Origin: the human T2T-CHM13v2.0 reference genome, Homo sapiens
Length of the DNA: 64,000 nt
Direction: 5' to 3'
NCBI GenBank assembly: GCA_009914755.4
Contig: CP068257.2
Coordinates: 40,896,001-40,960,000 of the forward strand
How positions within the stretch are numbered: position 1 is the first letter of the stretch; every line of letters begins with the position of its first letter. Below the pieces are notes generated by a model. The model saw only the letters and a list, made by a program, of their open reading frames with translations. It did no database searches and had not been told where the DNA came from. Positions 1 through 12,211 of this stretch are shown here, piece after piece. Position numbers and translations under genes: made by a program.

Positions 1-539
1 TATATTAAGGATGGTGAGAGGGAATCAAACTTCATTTTTAGAGAAAAATAGCAAATCAAAATAAGCTGATGAAAGGGACTTTGTGGTTCTCTCCTTCCTT
101 CAGCTCCTGATATGAATCCTAGACTTTTTACATATTCATACTAATTAGCTGTGCTTTCCAATAATTAGAGTAGCCATAAGCATTTGTACACTAATTCACA
201 GTTCCTAAAGCATTCTTAGGAATATTAGCATAAATGTTTATTGAATGTCTCCTGTGTGCCAGGCATGATTCTATACATGATAAGGATTCACTGATGAATA
301 AAACCGGTTAAAAAATCTCTGCTTTCATGGTGCCTACATTCTAACACCTTACTTTCCCCATTCATCCATACATCAACCCCACAGAATCACACTAGGAAAA
401 CTGGAGTTCAGGAGAGTAAAGTGACTTTCACAGGGTCCCAAAAATAGTAAGTTTGGGGTCACAATTTGAACTTGTCACTCCAGATTCCAAGTCCCATGCC
501 TTTTTTTTTGCTAGGTCAGTATTCACTGTGGAATCATAA

Positions 540-939
<400 letters not shown>

Positions 940-1246
940 TAGAAAAGATTTAAGATACAAGAGTTAAATACTAATGGTCTTAACCATAAGAGTTAAAACT
1001 ATAAATTAACTGGAAAGGAGCAGCTGCCTAGAGGAACCCAGGGCATGCGCCTTCTGATGGCCACAGTGAGTGCTGAGGTCTTCAGTGTAGGCTGTGAGGG
1101 GGACTGGCTGCCTAAACTGTCAGCCTGTGGTAAGTAGGGTAGATTAAGCTGATGGAGCAGAAAGCCTCACCATCCAAAGCCATCCTTTCCCAGACTCCAT
1201 GTCTGGTGGGAATAGATAGGCAACCCGGGAAAGAGTACTAAAGTGT

Positions 1247-1666
1247 GTGTCTTAGTCCTTTTGGGTTGCTATAAAGGAATCCTCGAGGCTGGGTAATTTA
1301 TAAAGAAAAGAGGTTTATTTAGTTCATGGTTCTGCATGCTGAACAAGAAGCATGGCACCAGCACGTACTTCTTACGAAGGCCTCAGGAAGCTTCCATTCC
1401 TGATGAAAGGTGAAGTGGAGCAGGCCTCACATAGTGAGAGGGGAAGGAAGAGAGAGAGCATGGAGGGAGGTGCCAGGCTCCTTCTAATCAGTGCTCACAG
1501 GGACTGATACAGTGAGAACTCACTTACTACTGAGAGGATAGCACCAAACCATTCCTGAGAGATCTCCCCCGATGACCCAGACACCTCCCACTAGGTCCCA
1601 CCTCCAACAGTGGGGGTCAAGTTTCAACATGAGATTTGGAGGGGACAAATACCCAAACAATATCAG
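1247..1666 (-). mobile_element. MaLR LTR, THE1/MST-like (solo LTR)
   Basis: The reverse complement reads TGATATTGTTTGGGTATTTGTCCCCTCCAAATCTCATGTTGAAACTTGACCCCCACTGTTGGAGGTGGGACC..., which matches the THE1/MST LTR consensus. The 3' end reads ...taaattacccagcctcgaggattcctttatagcaacccaaaaggactaagaca. Confidence 0.85.
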
Positions 1667-1722
1667 TTTGATAAAGAGGATATGAGTAATTTCATTCTCC
1701 CATCAGACAGTGTTGTCCATAA

Positions 1723-2208
<486 letters not shown>

Positions 2209-3770
2209 TGACTCCTTAGTTGATGGGTCAGTTTCCTATTTCCACATACCTGACCTCATTCTACCTATAGGCATAAACTCAAGAGGAATTTACAACAGAT
2301 GGGCTCAGGCAACAAGTTAGCCCCAGAGTGGAGCTCAGCTACAGAGGAATGCTTCACTGAAAGAAATGTGAGTCCCTGAATCTGATTCAAGCCTTTATCA
2401 AGTCCTACTTCAGTTAGAATCCAGTTTACTCCCCAAATACCCGTGAGCACTCTCTCAGTTACTATTTCCCTTGCTACACATATAGAAGAAAAGCAAGAAA
2501 GTTACTCTGCTGGGAAACACTGCCAAGGGGTCTTAGAAGCAAGAAAATTTGCCTATTTTATACAGGTAGTTTAAAGAGAACCACCCTTATAAATGGGTGT
2601 TTGTCCCCTTATTATTTCAGGACACTTGAAAGCTCCTCTCCTCCAATATGTCTCTAATTCAAGTATCACAGTGTCTAAAATTCTACCACTAAAATGCCAT
2701 TACCTAAATTAAGCACAGCCTTCTGTCTTTATGTTGATATTTCTTTAAATATCATGCCAATAGTTTTAAAATCAAATGATACTAAAGGTATATAACAACA
2801 AACAGTCGGGCCTGGCTTTATCCCTTCAACTCCTCTGTCTCATTCCCCTACCATTTTCTACTCTTTTACCCATTTCTTCTGGTAGTTCCCTATATTTCTA
2901 AATAATATGAGTAAACTATGATTTTTATGTCCAATTTTAAAGCTTTTCTATGGACCTCTGGTTTTAGAGACAACATCTAGTTCTCTTACATCCCTTGCCA
3001 CTTCCCCTGATGCTGTAGGACAGACAGGTCTGTCCCACCCACGGTGACTCAGTCATTGTTGTTCATGGCCGCTGCCCGTTCTTCACGATCAAGGAGGAGA
3101 ATTCTTTGGAGGAAACAGAGCTTTCATACGTGAATCGACTGGGAAGCGAGTCAAAAGTACTGCAACTGGAAGTGTGGCATGGGGAGGGGGCCGTGGCCAG
3201 TCTCCTCACTGGGCTCCTGTAGGACTGGGAACGCCTACTCCTTCACACCTAATTATGTTTGCTGGATTGGGTTATAGTTCTTCAGTGTGTGGACTCTTGT
3301 CAGTTTTATATCCGTAGGCCGAGCACAATGCCTGGAATACAGAGCATGCTTAATAATCAGAGGCTTTTCATTGTATTTCTTATCAACAACACTAGTAACT
3401 GAATATAAATCACCCTTCCTCGCCAGTCAGTGCACCATACCATTAGAATTCTTGCTTTTTGATCAGTGGAGATAAAATGAGTTTCTTTTCTCCATGTTAA
3501 GTAATCAGGTTCTGATTTTCCCTTTTCTTTCTCTCTAATAGTGTTTAATGCTCTAATGCTTTCTAAGCATGAGGTATTTTCTTGAGCTCTGAAGCCCAGT
3601 ATCCTCAAAGCCCCCTTCAGGGAAACCTCAGTTCCCTGTCAGTCAAGGCCTGTCACTGGCTTTGCCTTGGCCTTCTCTGGGAGAATGTCTGCTCCTTAAG
3701 TTGATGGCATACAAGTTGAGGTGGGGAAAAATTAAAGTGTAGGATTTCTGTAGGCAGCTAATGTTTTATT

Positions 3771-4024
3771 ACTGGAGTGCAGTGATGCGATCTCAGCTCA
3801 CTGCAACCTCTGCCTCCTGGGTTCAAGCAATTCCCCTGCCTCAGCCTCCTGAGTAGCTGGGACTACAGGCACACACTACCACGCCCAGCTAATTTTTTGT
3901 ATTTTAGTAGAGATGGGGTTTCACCATGTTGGCCAGGATAGTCTCGATCTCCTGACTGCATGATCTGCCCGTCTCAGCCTCCCAAAGTGCTGGGATTACA
4001 GGCGAGAGCCATAGCGCCTGGCCT
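3771..4024 (-). mobile_element. Alu SINE (antisense, tail-truncated)
   Basis: ggagtgcagtgatgcgatctcagctcactgcaacctctgcctcctgggttcaagc ... gattacaggcgagagccatagcgcctggcc. Confidence 0.9.
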
Positions 4025-4025
4025 A

Positions 4026-5935
4026 AAATGTATTATATAAGCATCATAGTGACCACAAAACAAAAACCTGCAGCAGATATACAAAATGTAAAGAGAAAGG
4101 AATCAAAGCATACCATTACAAAAATCATCACATTAGAAAGGAAGATAGTAAGGGAGTAACAAAGCAACAAAGGAACTACAAACCGCCAGAAAGCAATTTT
4201 TTAAATGGCAGTAGTAAGTCCTTATCTATCAATAATTAATGTAAATGGATTAAATTCTGCAATCAAAAGATAGAAGTGGCTGAATGGATATTAAAAAAAA
4301 AAAATCTAGGTGCTGCCTGCAGGAGACTCAGCTTTAAGGATACACATAGGCTGAAAGTAAAGGCATGGGAAAAGATATTCCATGCAAATGGTTACCAAAT
4401 AGAGAGCAAAAAAGATACTTATATCAGACAAAACAGACTTTAAGTCAAAAACTTCATAAGAGACAAAGTCACTATATCATGATAAAGAGATAAATTCATC
4501 AAGAGGATATAACAATTATAAATGTATATGCACCCAACATCAGAGTACCTAAATATATATTAACGGAACTCAAGAGAGAAATAGCAATACAGTAATAGCA
4601 GGGTACTTCAGTACCCCATTTTCAACAATGAATAGATGATCCAGACAGAAGATGAATAAGGAAACAGTGAACCTGAATGACATTCTAGAGCAAATGGACC
4701 TAACAGACATACAGAACACTCCTTCCCCCAGCAGCTGAATGCACATTTAAATGTACACAGAACATTCTCTAGGATAGATCATATGTTAGGCCACAAAACA
4801 AGTTTTAACAAATTTAAGAAGATTAAAATCATATCAAGTATCTTTTCTGACCACAATAACATGAACTAGAAATCAGTAACAGGAGGAAAATTGGAAAATT
4901 CACAAATATGCAGAAATTAAATACACACCTGAACAACCAGTGGGGTCAAAGAAGATATCAAAAGGGAAATCAGAAAATTCCTTAAGACAAATTAAAATGG
5001 AAACAACATACCAAAACGTATGGGATGCAGCAAAAGCAGTACTAGAGGGAAGTTTATAAAGAAAATGTGGTGTATAGCTGTATCTACACAATGGAATACT
5101 ATTTAGCCTTAAAAAAGAAGGATTTCCTGTCATTTGCAACAACATGGATGAACCCGGAGTACATTACACTAGGTGAAATAAGCCAGGTACAGAAAAACAA
5201 ATATAGGCCAGGCATGGTAGCTCACTTCTCTAATCCCAGCACTTTGGGAGGCTAAGGCAGGAAGACTGCTTGAACCTGGGAGTTCAAGACCAGCTTTGGC
5301 AACATATCAAGACCCTGTGTCTACAAAATTTAAAAAATTAGCTGGGCATGGTGGCATGGGCCTGTATTCTCAGATACTCAGGAGGCTGAGGGGGAGGATC
5401 ACTTGGGCCTGGGAAATCAAGGCTGCAGTGAGCCTTGACCATTGCACTCACGCCACTGCCCTCCAACCTGGGCAACAGAACAAGACCCTGTCTCAAAACA
5501 AACCAACAAACAAACAAAAAAGAAAAATATGCATGACCTCACTTATTTTTGGAATCTGAAAAACTTGAACTCAGAGAAGCAGAGCATATAATAATGGTGG
5601 TTACCAGGGGCAGTAGGTGGGAGAAATGGGGAGTCGCTGGCCAAAGAGTACAAAGTTTCACTTAGGAAAGATGAGTAAGTTCTGGAGGGCTAATGTACAG
5701 CTCTAATGTATAGTTAGTAATAATACATTGTATACTTGAAATTTGCAAGAAGAATAGATCTTAAATATTCTCACCACCAAAAAAAAAAAATAATGTGAGG
5801 TGATTGGATATACTAGCTTGACTGTGGCAATAATTTTACAATGTATTCATATATCAAAACATCACATCCTATACTACAAATTATGTAATTTTTATTTGTC
5901 AGTTATACGTCAGTACAACTGGGTGGGGGGGAGGG
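4026..5935 (+). mobile_element. L1 LINE remnant (internally deleted ORF1/ORF2 N-terminus joined to the 3' end) with an Alu nested at 5206-5527, followed by a second, older L1 3'-end piece after the poly-A at ~5790
   Basis: 4300-4620 translates to the L1 ORF2 endonuclease N-terminus (...CCLQETHFKDTHRLKVKAWEKIFHANG...). 5070-5200 gives the L1 ORF2 C-terminus ([32 protein letters not shown]). 5528-5790 is an L1 3'UTR ending in A12. 5795-5930 matches the older L1PB/L1M 3' end (gtgaggtgattggatatactagcttgactgtgg...catatatcaaaacatcacat...tttatttgtcagttatac). Confidence 0.85.
5206..5527 (+). mobile_element. Alu SINE (sense) nested inside the L1
   Basis: ggccaggcatggtagctcacttctctaatcccagcactttgggaggctaaggcagg ... 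cctgggcaacagaacaagaccctgtctcaaaacaaaccaacaaacaaacaaaaaagaaaaa. Confidence 0.95.
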
Positions 5936-7149
5936 GGGGTGGGAAGAAGCTGTCTCCATATGAGGCCGAGGTGTCCTATATATCCTGAGCTTGTATTATC
6001 GCCTTTCAAGTGTAAAACCTGTAGGTGATGGGATGCCCGAAAGGTTTGAAAATCAGGAATGACAAGATCAGATTTTGCTTTAGGAGGGCAACTTGAGGCA
6101 GCTTAAAGAGTGGATTGCAGGAGGTAGAACTTGGAAGTGAGAACGCTGTTGCACAAGTGCAGTGAGAGAGGGGTAGCCTCGAGCCGAACCAATGGCAAGG
6201 GCCAGGGCTGGGGAGACCATTGGAGAGAGGGGTGGGAGCCACACTGGGCTATCACCGGGAATGGAGAGCTAGAAAAGAGAGGAGAAAGCACTGGCACAGG
6301 GGGCCTGCGGAGAGAAAGAAGGTCTGAAGAAAACCTGGCCAAAAGGAGAAGACTGGAGCCCTGGGCCATCCCGCTTGCGGAATGAGGGGCCGGCGGGCTT
6401 CCTGGGGCTGAACCCTGCGTGGCAAAGAAGTGGGCAGGTTTTCTTTCTGCCTGCAGAAGGCTTCTCAAATGCCTAACAAAGTGATGGATTTCACGCAGCC
6501 CAGCTCAGCAAAGAGAGACACAGACATCAGAGTGTTCTAGAAACAAAGCAGGGCCCCAGGGGGAAACTGCGAGGCCTAGCAGGGCAGGGGAGCCAAACAC
6601 AGGGAAGAATGCCTTCTCCATTCTCCAGAGGGAAGCTCAACGTGCCTGGGGAAGGGTGCGAGGGGCACTGGCCTGTTGGGACATTTACAGCCAGGCCTCG
6701 GGTTGGTTTTATCCTTAAACATTGTTTTATCCGGGGGCAGGCTTTTTCCCCGGAAAATTTCCGCTCTGCCTCACTTTGCTCTTCCCCGAGGAGTGGGCTG
6801 GGAGCCCCCTCTGCTCTGAAGCCATCCTGGGGGTCCACTGTGGGTGTTCGGCAGTAGCTTCTAGGGGACTGGCCAGGCCCCTCCCTGGGGCTGCCTAAGG
6901 AGAAGAGTTGTTTCTGGGGTGACGTGGGAGCCTGTGTGCCAGGGCACTGGCCCGCAAGGGTAAGAACCCGGCGGGCTCCCGCAGCCTAACAGGGAGCTGC
7001 CTCTGTCACGTGCCTGCGAGGTGGGACACAAGTTGGCTTACAAGTTGGTTCGACATAGCCAAATCCGCGTGCCGCATTTCCACGCTATGGAGTGCTAGTC
7101 TTCATGATTGTGCCCCTTGACATGACACAATAGGAATAGAAGCCGGGAG

Positions 7150-8420
7150 GCCAAGCAAAGGCCCTCTTTGGGGGTGGGGGCGCGGCGGCATGTGACCCTC
7201 GCCGCCTGTGGGGAAGACCTGCCTTGAGGACAGAGCGCCAGGGGTGCAGAGGCCGCCTGGGACTGCCCGGAGGCCGGTGGGGAGCGCGCCAGCGAAAGCC
7301 CGTGCGCCCTCGGAGCCGGGGAAGGCGCGGGCCATGACCCGGGTTCGCCCGCAGAGGCCGGGCAGTGCCGCAAGGCGTGGGGGCGCCCCCGCCCGGTGGC
7401 CCCGGGGCTGGTGCGACCCTGGGCACGCCGGGGCCGGGGCCGGAGCCGGGGGTCGCGGCGGCCGGGGAGGGGGAGGAGCCGCGCGGCTCCGCCGGCGCCC
7501 CGCGGGCCAGGGAAAGTGAAAGGGCGGCGGGGCCTCCCGCGCGCCGCTCCAGGAAGTCGCGAGCAGGAAGCGCCCGCGGCGGCCGGGCCGGGCTGGGCTG
7601 CGGAGCGCGGGCCTCGGCGGCGCAGGTGAGGCGCGGGGCCGGGGCCGGACCGGGAGGCGGGGACCCCCCGCCCCACCGCCCGCACCTGCGGGGCAGCCGG
7701 CGCTCAGGCGCCGCAGCCGCTCAGCACCTGCGGCGCCCTCAGGGAGCCGGGCGCGGGGCCCTGCGCACTCGGAGCTCGGCTCCTCTCCTTCCTTTTCTTT
7801 TTTTTCGGGGGGAGGTGGGGGCTGGTTTGGATGTTTTCCGAGAGCCGGGGACGGTCTCAAGCTATTTTCGCGGAGGGAAGTCTTTGAAATACGACATCTA
7901 GAAGAGTGGCCCTCGGCGACAATGCCGGGCGTTCCCGGACCGGGGCAACGCTGGGATTCCGGGGAAGTGGAGGCAGAGGGAGCGGGCACGGGGCCGGCAG
8001 CCGCTCCACGGAGTCCCCGGCAGGGGCGAGCTTAGCTGTCCAGCCGGGTCCCCTGCCCACCCCGGCCCGGGCCGCGGTGACAGCTGAGGGTCCAGAGAGC
8101 CGGCAGGAGGGGACCCTGCGCATTGTCTGCCGCGATGGGGACGTGGGCGTGCCCGCGGAATTCACCTCCTCCGGGGACCAGCCGCCCAGGGAGGAGCCGG
8201 CACAGAACGCTGGCTCGGAGCGCCGGCACCCTGGGCCTTTGCGTTGTTTGTCGGCTGAGCAGCTGGTTCCCGGAGCCCGTGGGCCTCCTGGCCAATGCGA
8301 GTGACAGCGACCTTCTGGGTTTATAATAAAGGGCTTGACGCGCCGGAAAGTCCCCTCGCCGCTGGCCACCAGCCTTCCAGCCCTTACGGCCCACGCCGTA
8401 ATCCTGGTGACCGAGAAGGT
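7150..8420 (+). promoter_or_regulatory. SLC37A1: CpG island / promoter region of SLC37A1
   Basis: Seen in sequence: extreme GC and CpG density across 7150-8420 (runs of gcgg and ccgg, and many spurious Pro/Ala/Gly/Arg ORFs on both strands) set inside otherwise CpG-depleted DNA. It ends exactly at a strong splice donor, GAGAAG|GTACGT, at 8418/8419. Placement upstream of the first coding exon supports a promoter role. I could not locate the TSS. Confidence 0.8.
7540..8418 (+). other. SLC37A1: Non-coding first exon (5'UTR) of SLC37A1. The 3' end is fixed by the donor at 8418|8419. The 5' end (TSS) is not determinable by eye.
   Basis: Donor ccgagaag|gtacgtac matches the consensus closely. No in-frame ATG-initiated coding continuity leads into exon 2. 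A second strong donor sits inside the island, gcgcag|gtgaggcg at 7625|7626, and may mark an alternative exon 1. The start coordinate is a guess. Confidence 0.4.
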
Positions 8421-9427
8421 ACGTACAGTCTAAGGATTTGCATTTGAACGAAGGATACTGGCCAAGCCCCTTACCACCCCCACTCCCCGCTAACACCCCA
8501 GCCCGCGGCCCCAGGTTTGAATTTCCAAAGGAGGAATTGCTAAAGCCTGCCCTTTCCGGGTCTCCCTTAGCTCTTTGCCTGGAAGGTGCCTGCCTGCCTG
8601 CCTGCCGGCCCTTGAACTTAAATCGTCTGAAGTTGTGTAAGTGGATAAATATTTTAGACTTCCCCCGTTGTTTTTTTATTAATCCCCTTTGAGAGCAAGC
8701 TTGAAAACACCTGGCCCCAGACCTGTGATTCACCAAGTCATTTTGGAACTGCATTTACACGTTCTGTTTCATGCAGCCCACCTGTGATGTTCTCTTTGTT
8801 GGGGGTTGGAGGCAGGTAAGGGAGGTGGTGCAAATGGAATTCAGGTTCCTTGTACTTCAGCCAAGGGGAAAGAGATAGTGACCATTTTCATTCATCTTTA
8901 ATATGGAAAGCGCCTTTAAAAGCAAAAAGCCATAGAAAGAGCACACTCTGGACAGGAAGTTGTATTCTATCTCGTAATTTAAAAAAAAGAAAAGAAAAAA
9001 TGCATGAAAACTTTTGGAGGAGAATTGCATTTCTCACCCATCTTTGCCTGTAAAGTGAGACCCAGTTAAAAAAAAATGTCATAAAGTAGATTATTTAAAA
9101 TATCTGTGGGGCCGCTTTGATTATGTGTAATGCCACCTCAGCCCTAAAAAGACTGAGGAACCTTACTCCTGCTATTGCTCACTTCCTATCCCCATTATTT
9201 GAGTCTCTGCAGATTACTTGGAACCTTCTAGGCAGCGCAGATCACATGTGGGTGGGTCTGGGAGTGGAGCTTGTGAATGTTTCTTTCCTCAGCTTATTCT
9301 GTTTTACAGTTGCCTAGGGTGGGTTTTTTGAAGAAATAGGTATAAAACCATGTGTCTTTCAGAGTCTGTTTGTTTTTTTAACTTTTAGTTTCAGGGGTAC
9401 ATGTGCAGGTTTTACAGGTTGTAATAA

Positions 9428-9784
<357 letters not shown>

Positions 9785-12155
9785 TGAAACTGGACATTCT
9801 GCCGCTTTTCCTCCCTGGAATGGTAAGTTCCAGGGGGGCCTGTAGAGAGTGACTTTTTAAAAAAGTATCTCTTCTTTTTATGTACTTGGGCAGTGTGCCA
9901 AAAACTGGGTTTAAACCAAGTGATTTGCTCCCATTCTGCTGCCCTTTCTCTGCAGGGGATGGGCAGGAAGAAGAGTGGCTGGAGGGAGGAGGTGGCTCAG
10001 AGAAACAGGACAAACTGGAATCTGCCCCACTTATCCAGCTGACCCAGGCGAGCCGCCTAGCCTCATTTTTCTCCCTTGTGAAAAGAGCGCCCTGCCTCTT
10101 CAGGGTGGTCACGGGGCTCAAATGAGAGCATGTCAGTCATGGTTCGTGCTTCCAGAGGTCTTGACCCACTCAAAATGAAGTGGTCTTTAGTGGTGCTGCA
10201 CAGGCTAGGGAGGAAGGGCCTCATTAGTTGAGCTCTTAACATCCCAAATGTAAAATCACTGTCTTTGCACATCTTAACTGCACTCACTATGAGAATTTAT
10301 AGCACTTTTCTTTCACCCATTTTACAGGGAAAAGAATCCATCATTGTTTTAAAAAGAAATCAAAGAGGTTTTTTTTCCCTTCTTGATTTGTCAGTGCCTT
10401 CTGGGCCTTTGATGTTGTTGTCACAGGTTTTATCAGAGTTGGAGGTTTTTGATTTATTTAGTAGATGGCAATGGAATGTTTCCAGACACGCTGGACATGG
10501 AGAAGCAGCACTTGAGAGGAAGACGTTTGCTTCTGACCATCCGTTTCCAGACACTGTTGAACCAAATTCTTTACTCTGAAGTTGTCATCACAAAGTCATT
10601 TCCCAGAGTAGATCCAGACCCATTCTGGAGCCCACCCATTTTGAGCAAAATATTGCTTAAATCTAGAGGTTTGAGCAGACGTGGTTTTGAAGTATTTGTG
10701 GCTGTTCATTCAACGTGAGTTTCTTGAGCACGTGGTCTGTGCTAGGTTCTGGACAAGGAGATGGAAGTAGGACCTTGCCCTGCAGTCCCGGGCCTTCCTC
10801 TTTTGAATTTACAATGAGGATAATATCAGCTAGTGTTTGTTGCGCATTTACTACGTACCAGGCCACTTATCAAGTGCTTCCCATAGGTTATCTCATTGCA
10901 TGTTTATAACAACATGGATGCTATCATCCCCATTGTTTAGCCTTGAAGGAGAGGGAGCAGAAAGGTTAAGTGACTTGCCTCGGCTTACACAGCCCAGGGT
11001 CAGCCTTGGAAGGAAGAGGTATTGGAGTGGGGTGAATCCCACCTATTCAGGCCCTGTAGGACCTAGGAGAAAGGTGTAGTTCTGGCTGGAGCAGATAGAA
11101 GAGATGAGGGGCGGCTCCTGGGACGAAAGCTCAGCAGGGATTTTGAATCTTTTTGTAAAAGGTGGTATAAGGGAAAAATCCTTGGAGAATGTGCATTTTT
11201 GGAAGCTCACTTTCGAGGGAGGCAAAAGTGAATGTGGGGAACTGATTGGCTTTGGAGGACGCAGTGACTCAGGAATGTCATGAGTTTGACATTGGGATGG
11301 GAGACCAGGCCTGCCTGCTGTGCTGGGCCCCTTCTCAGTTCTCCGGCCTCCCTCCCCATTCCTTCCTATATTGCTCTGCCTTCAGCCCTGACTTCATAAT
11401 CAGGTCATTTTCTGTGACCTCTGAGGTGACCACAGGAGATGAAAAATGAAGAGGCAGACGAGGCAAATTCATTCCTCCTTTGGATTCAAATGGCAAAGTC
11501 ACAATTAAATGATTGGTTTGATCTGCCCTCTTGTCTAGGCCCACATTTCTCTGTCACTACGGTTCAAAGGTGGCCTGGTCCATAGGGGTGGAACTGAGGC
11601 AGTCCAGTGCCCTGGCATGCCTTGATATCTGGGCACATAGCGTGGCTGCTGGACACATACTTGGTTTTGTGAATGGGTTGATCTCTAGATGCCTCCCAGA
11701 TAGAGATGAGTTCCTTGGTTCCTTTTTATCCACCATCAGAACATTATTTGAAATTCATTTCCAGGTTCTCAGAACAAACCGCCTCAAGGGTAGATACTCC
11801 ACCTCATTCCCCCTCTTCCTAGTAACACTCCTGGCGGGGGCCCCTGCTTGTATCAGACGTGCAGCTTTGATCAGGACTGGGTACTGCTACTGTACGTGTG
11901 TGGTTACTTCTGCCAGTAACGCTGAAGGTGTGAATGTCACGACACTGGACTCTGAATGCCTCTCCTCCTCCTTGTAGAGAGCAGAGCCACTGCCAGAAGG
12001 AAGGGGACAAGACCCAGCAGGACACCTTCTTTCCACGCTTTCCAGCCTGTGGGAGCGGCAGGGGCAACAGAGAGAGGATCTGGAGCCAGGATTAATGACT
12101 CATTTATGAAGCATCTTATTCTGCGACCGAGGCTCAGTGGTCAGTGGCGACGTAA

Positions 12156-12211
12156 ATGGCTCGACTCCCCGCTGGCATTCGCTTCATCATCTCATTCTCC
12201 AGGGATCAGTG
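12156..12211 (+). CDS. SLC37A1: SLC37A1 coding exon 1 (transcript exon 2), ATG at 12156. It encodes MARLPAGIRFIISFSRDQ plus the first 2 nt of the W codon. The exon probably begins near 12131 with a short 5'UTR.
   Basis: ATG lies in the context cgtaaATGGCT. It is in frame with the track ORF 11956..12255 offset by 1, where ...RRKWLDSPLAF corresponds to the frame-shifted reading. Donor cagtg|gtgagt at 12211|12212. The peptide joins exon 3 in phase to give ...SRDQWYRAF. The N-terminus matches the SLC37A1 protein as I recall it. Confidence 0.85.

Noticed and set aside
5067-5255. L1 ORF2 C-terminal ORF ([40 protein letters not shown])
   Set aside because: It is a fragment of a truncated, rearranged L1 with no intact ORF1 or ORF2.
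6500-8000. Search for the first coding exon of the presumed divergent neighbour RSPH1 (MSDLGSEEL...) on the minus strand
   Set aside because: I found no match by eye. Either it lies outside the window or my memory of the locus geometry or sequence is imprecise, so no RSPH1 feature is reported.
7085-8754. Many long ORFs on both strands inside the CpG island (e.g. 7102..7989 - 295 aa, 7095..7685 - 196 aa, 7365..7901 + 178 aa, 8032..8754 - 240 aa)
   Set aside because: They have Pro/Ala/Gly/Arg-rich low-complexity composition, overlap one another in different frames, and sit in extreme-GC DNA where stop codons are rare. This is the typical CpG-island artefact. None continues into a splice-consistent gene model.
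9365-9425. Short L1-like motif tttcaggggtacatgtgcaggttttacaggttg in intron 1
   Set aside because: It is too short to classify confidently. It is probably a fragment of a common interspersed repeat and is not annotated as a feature.
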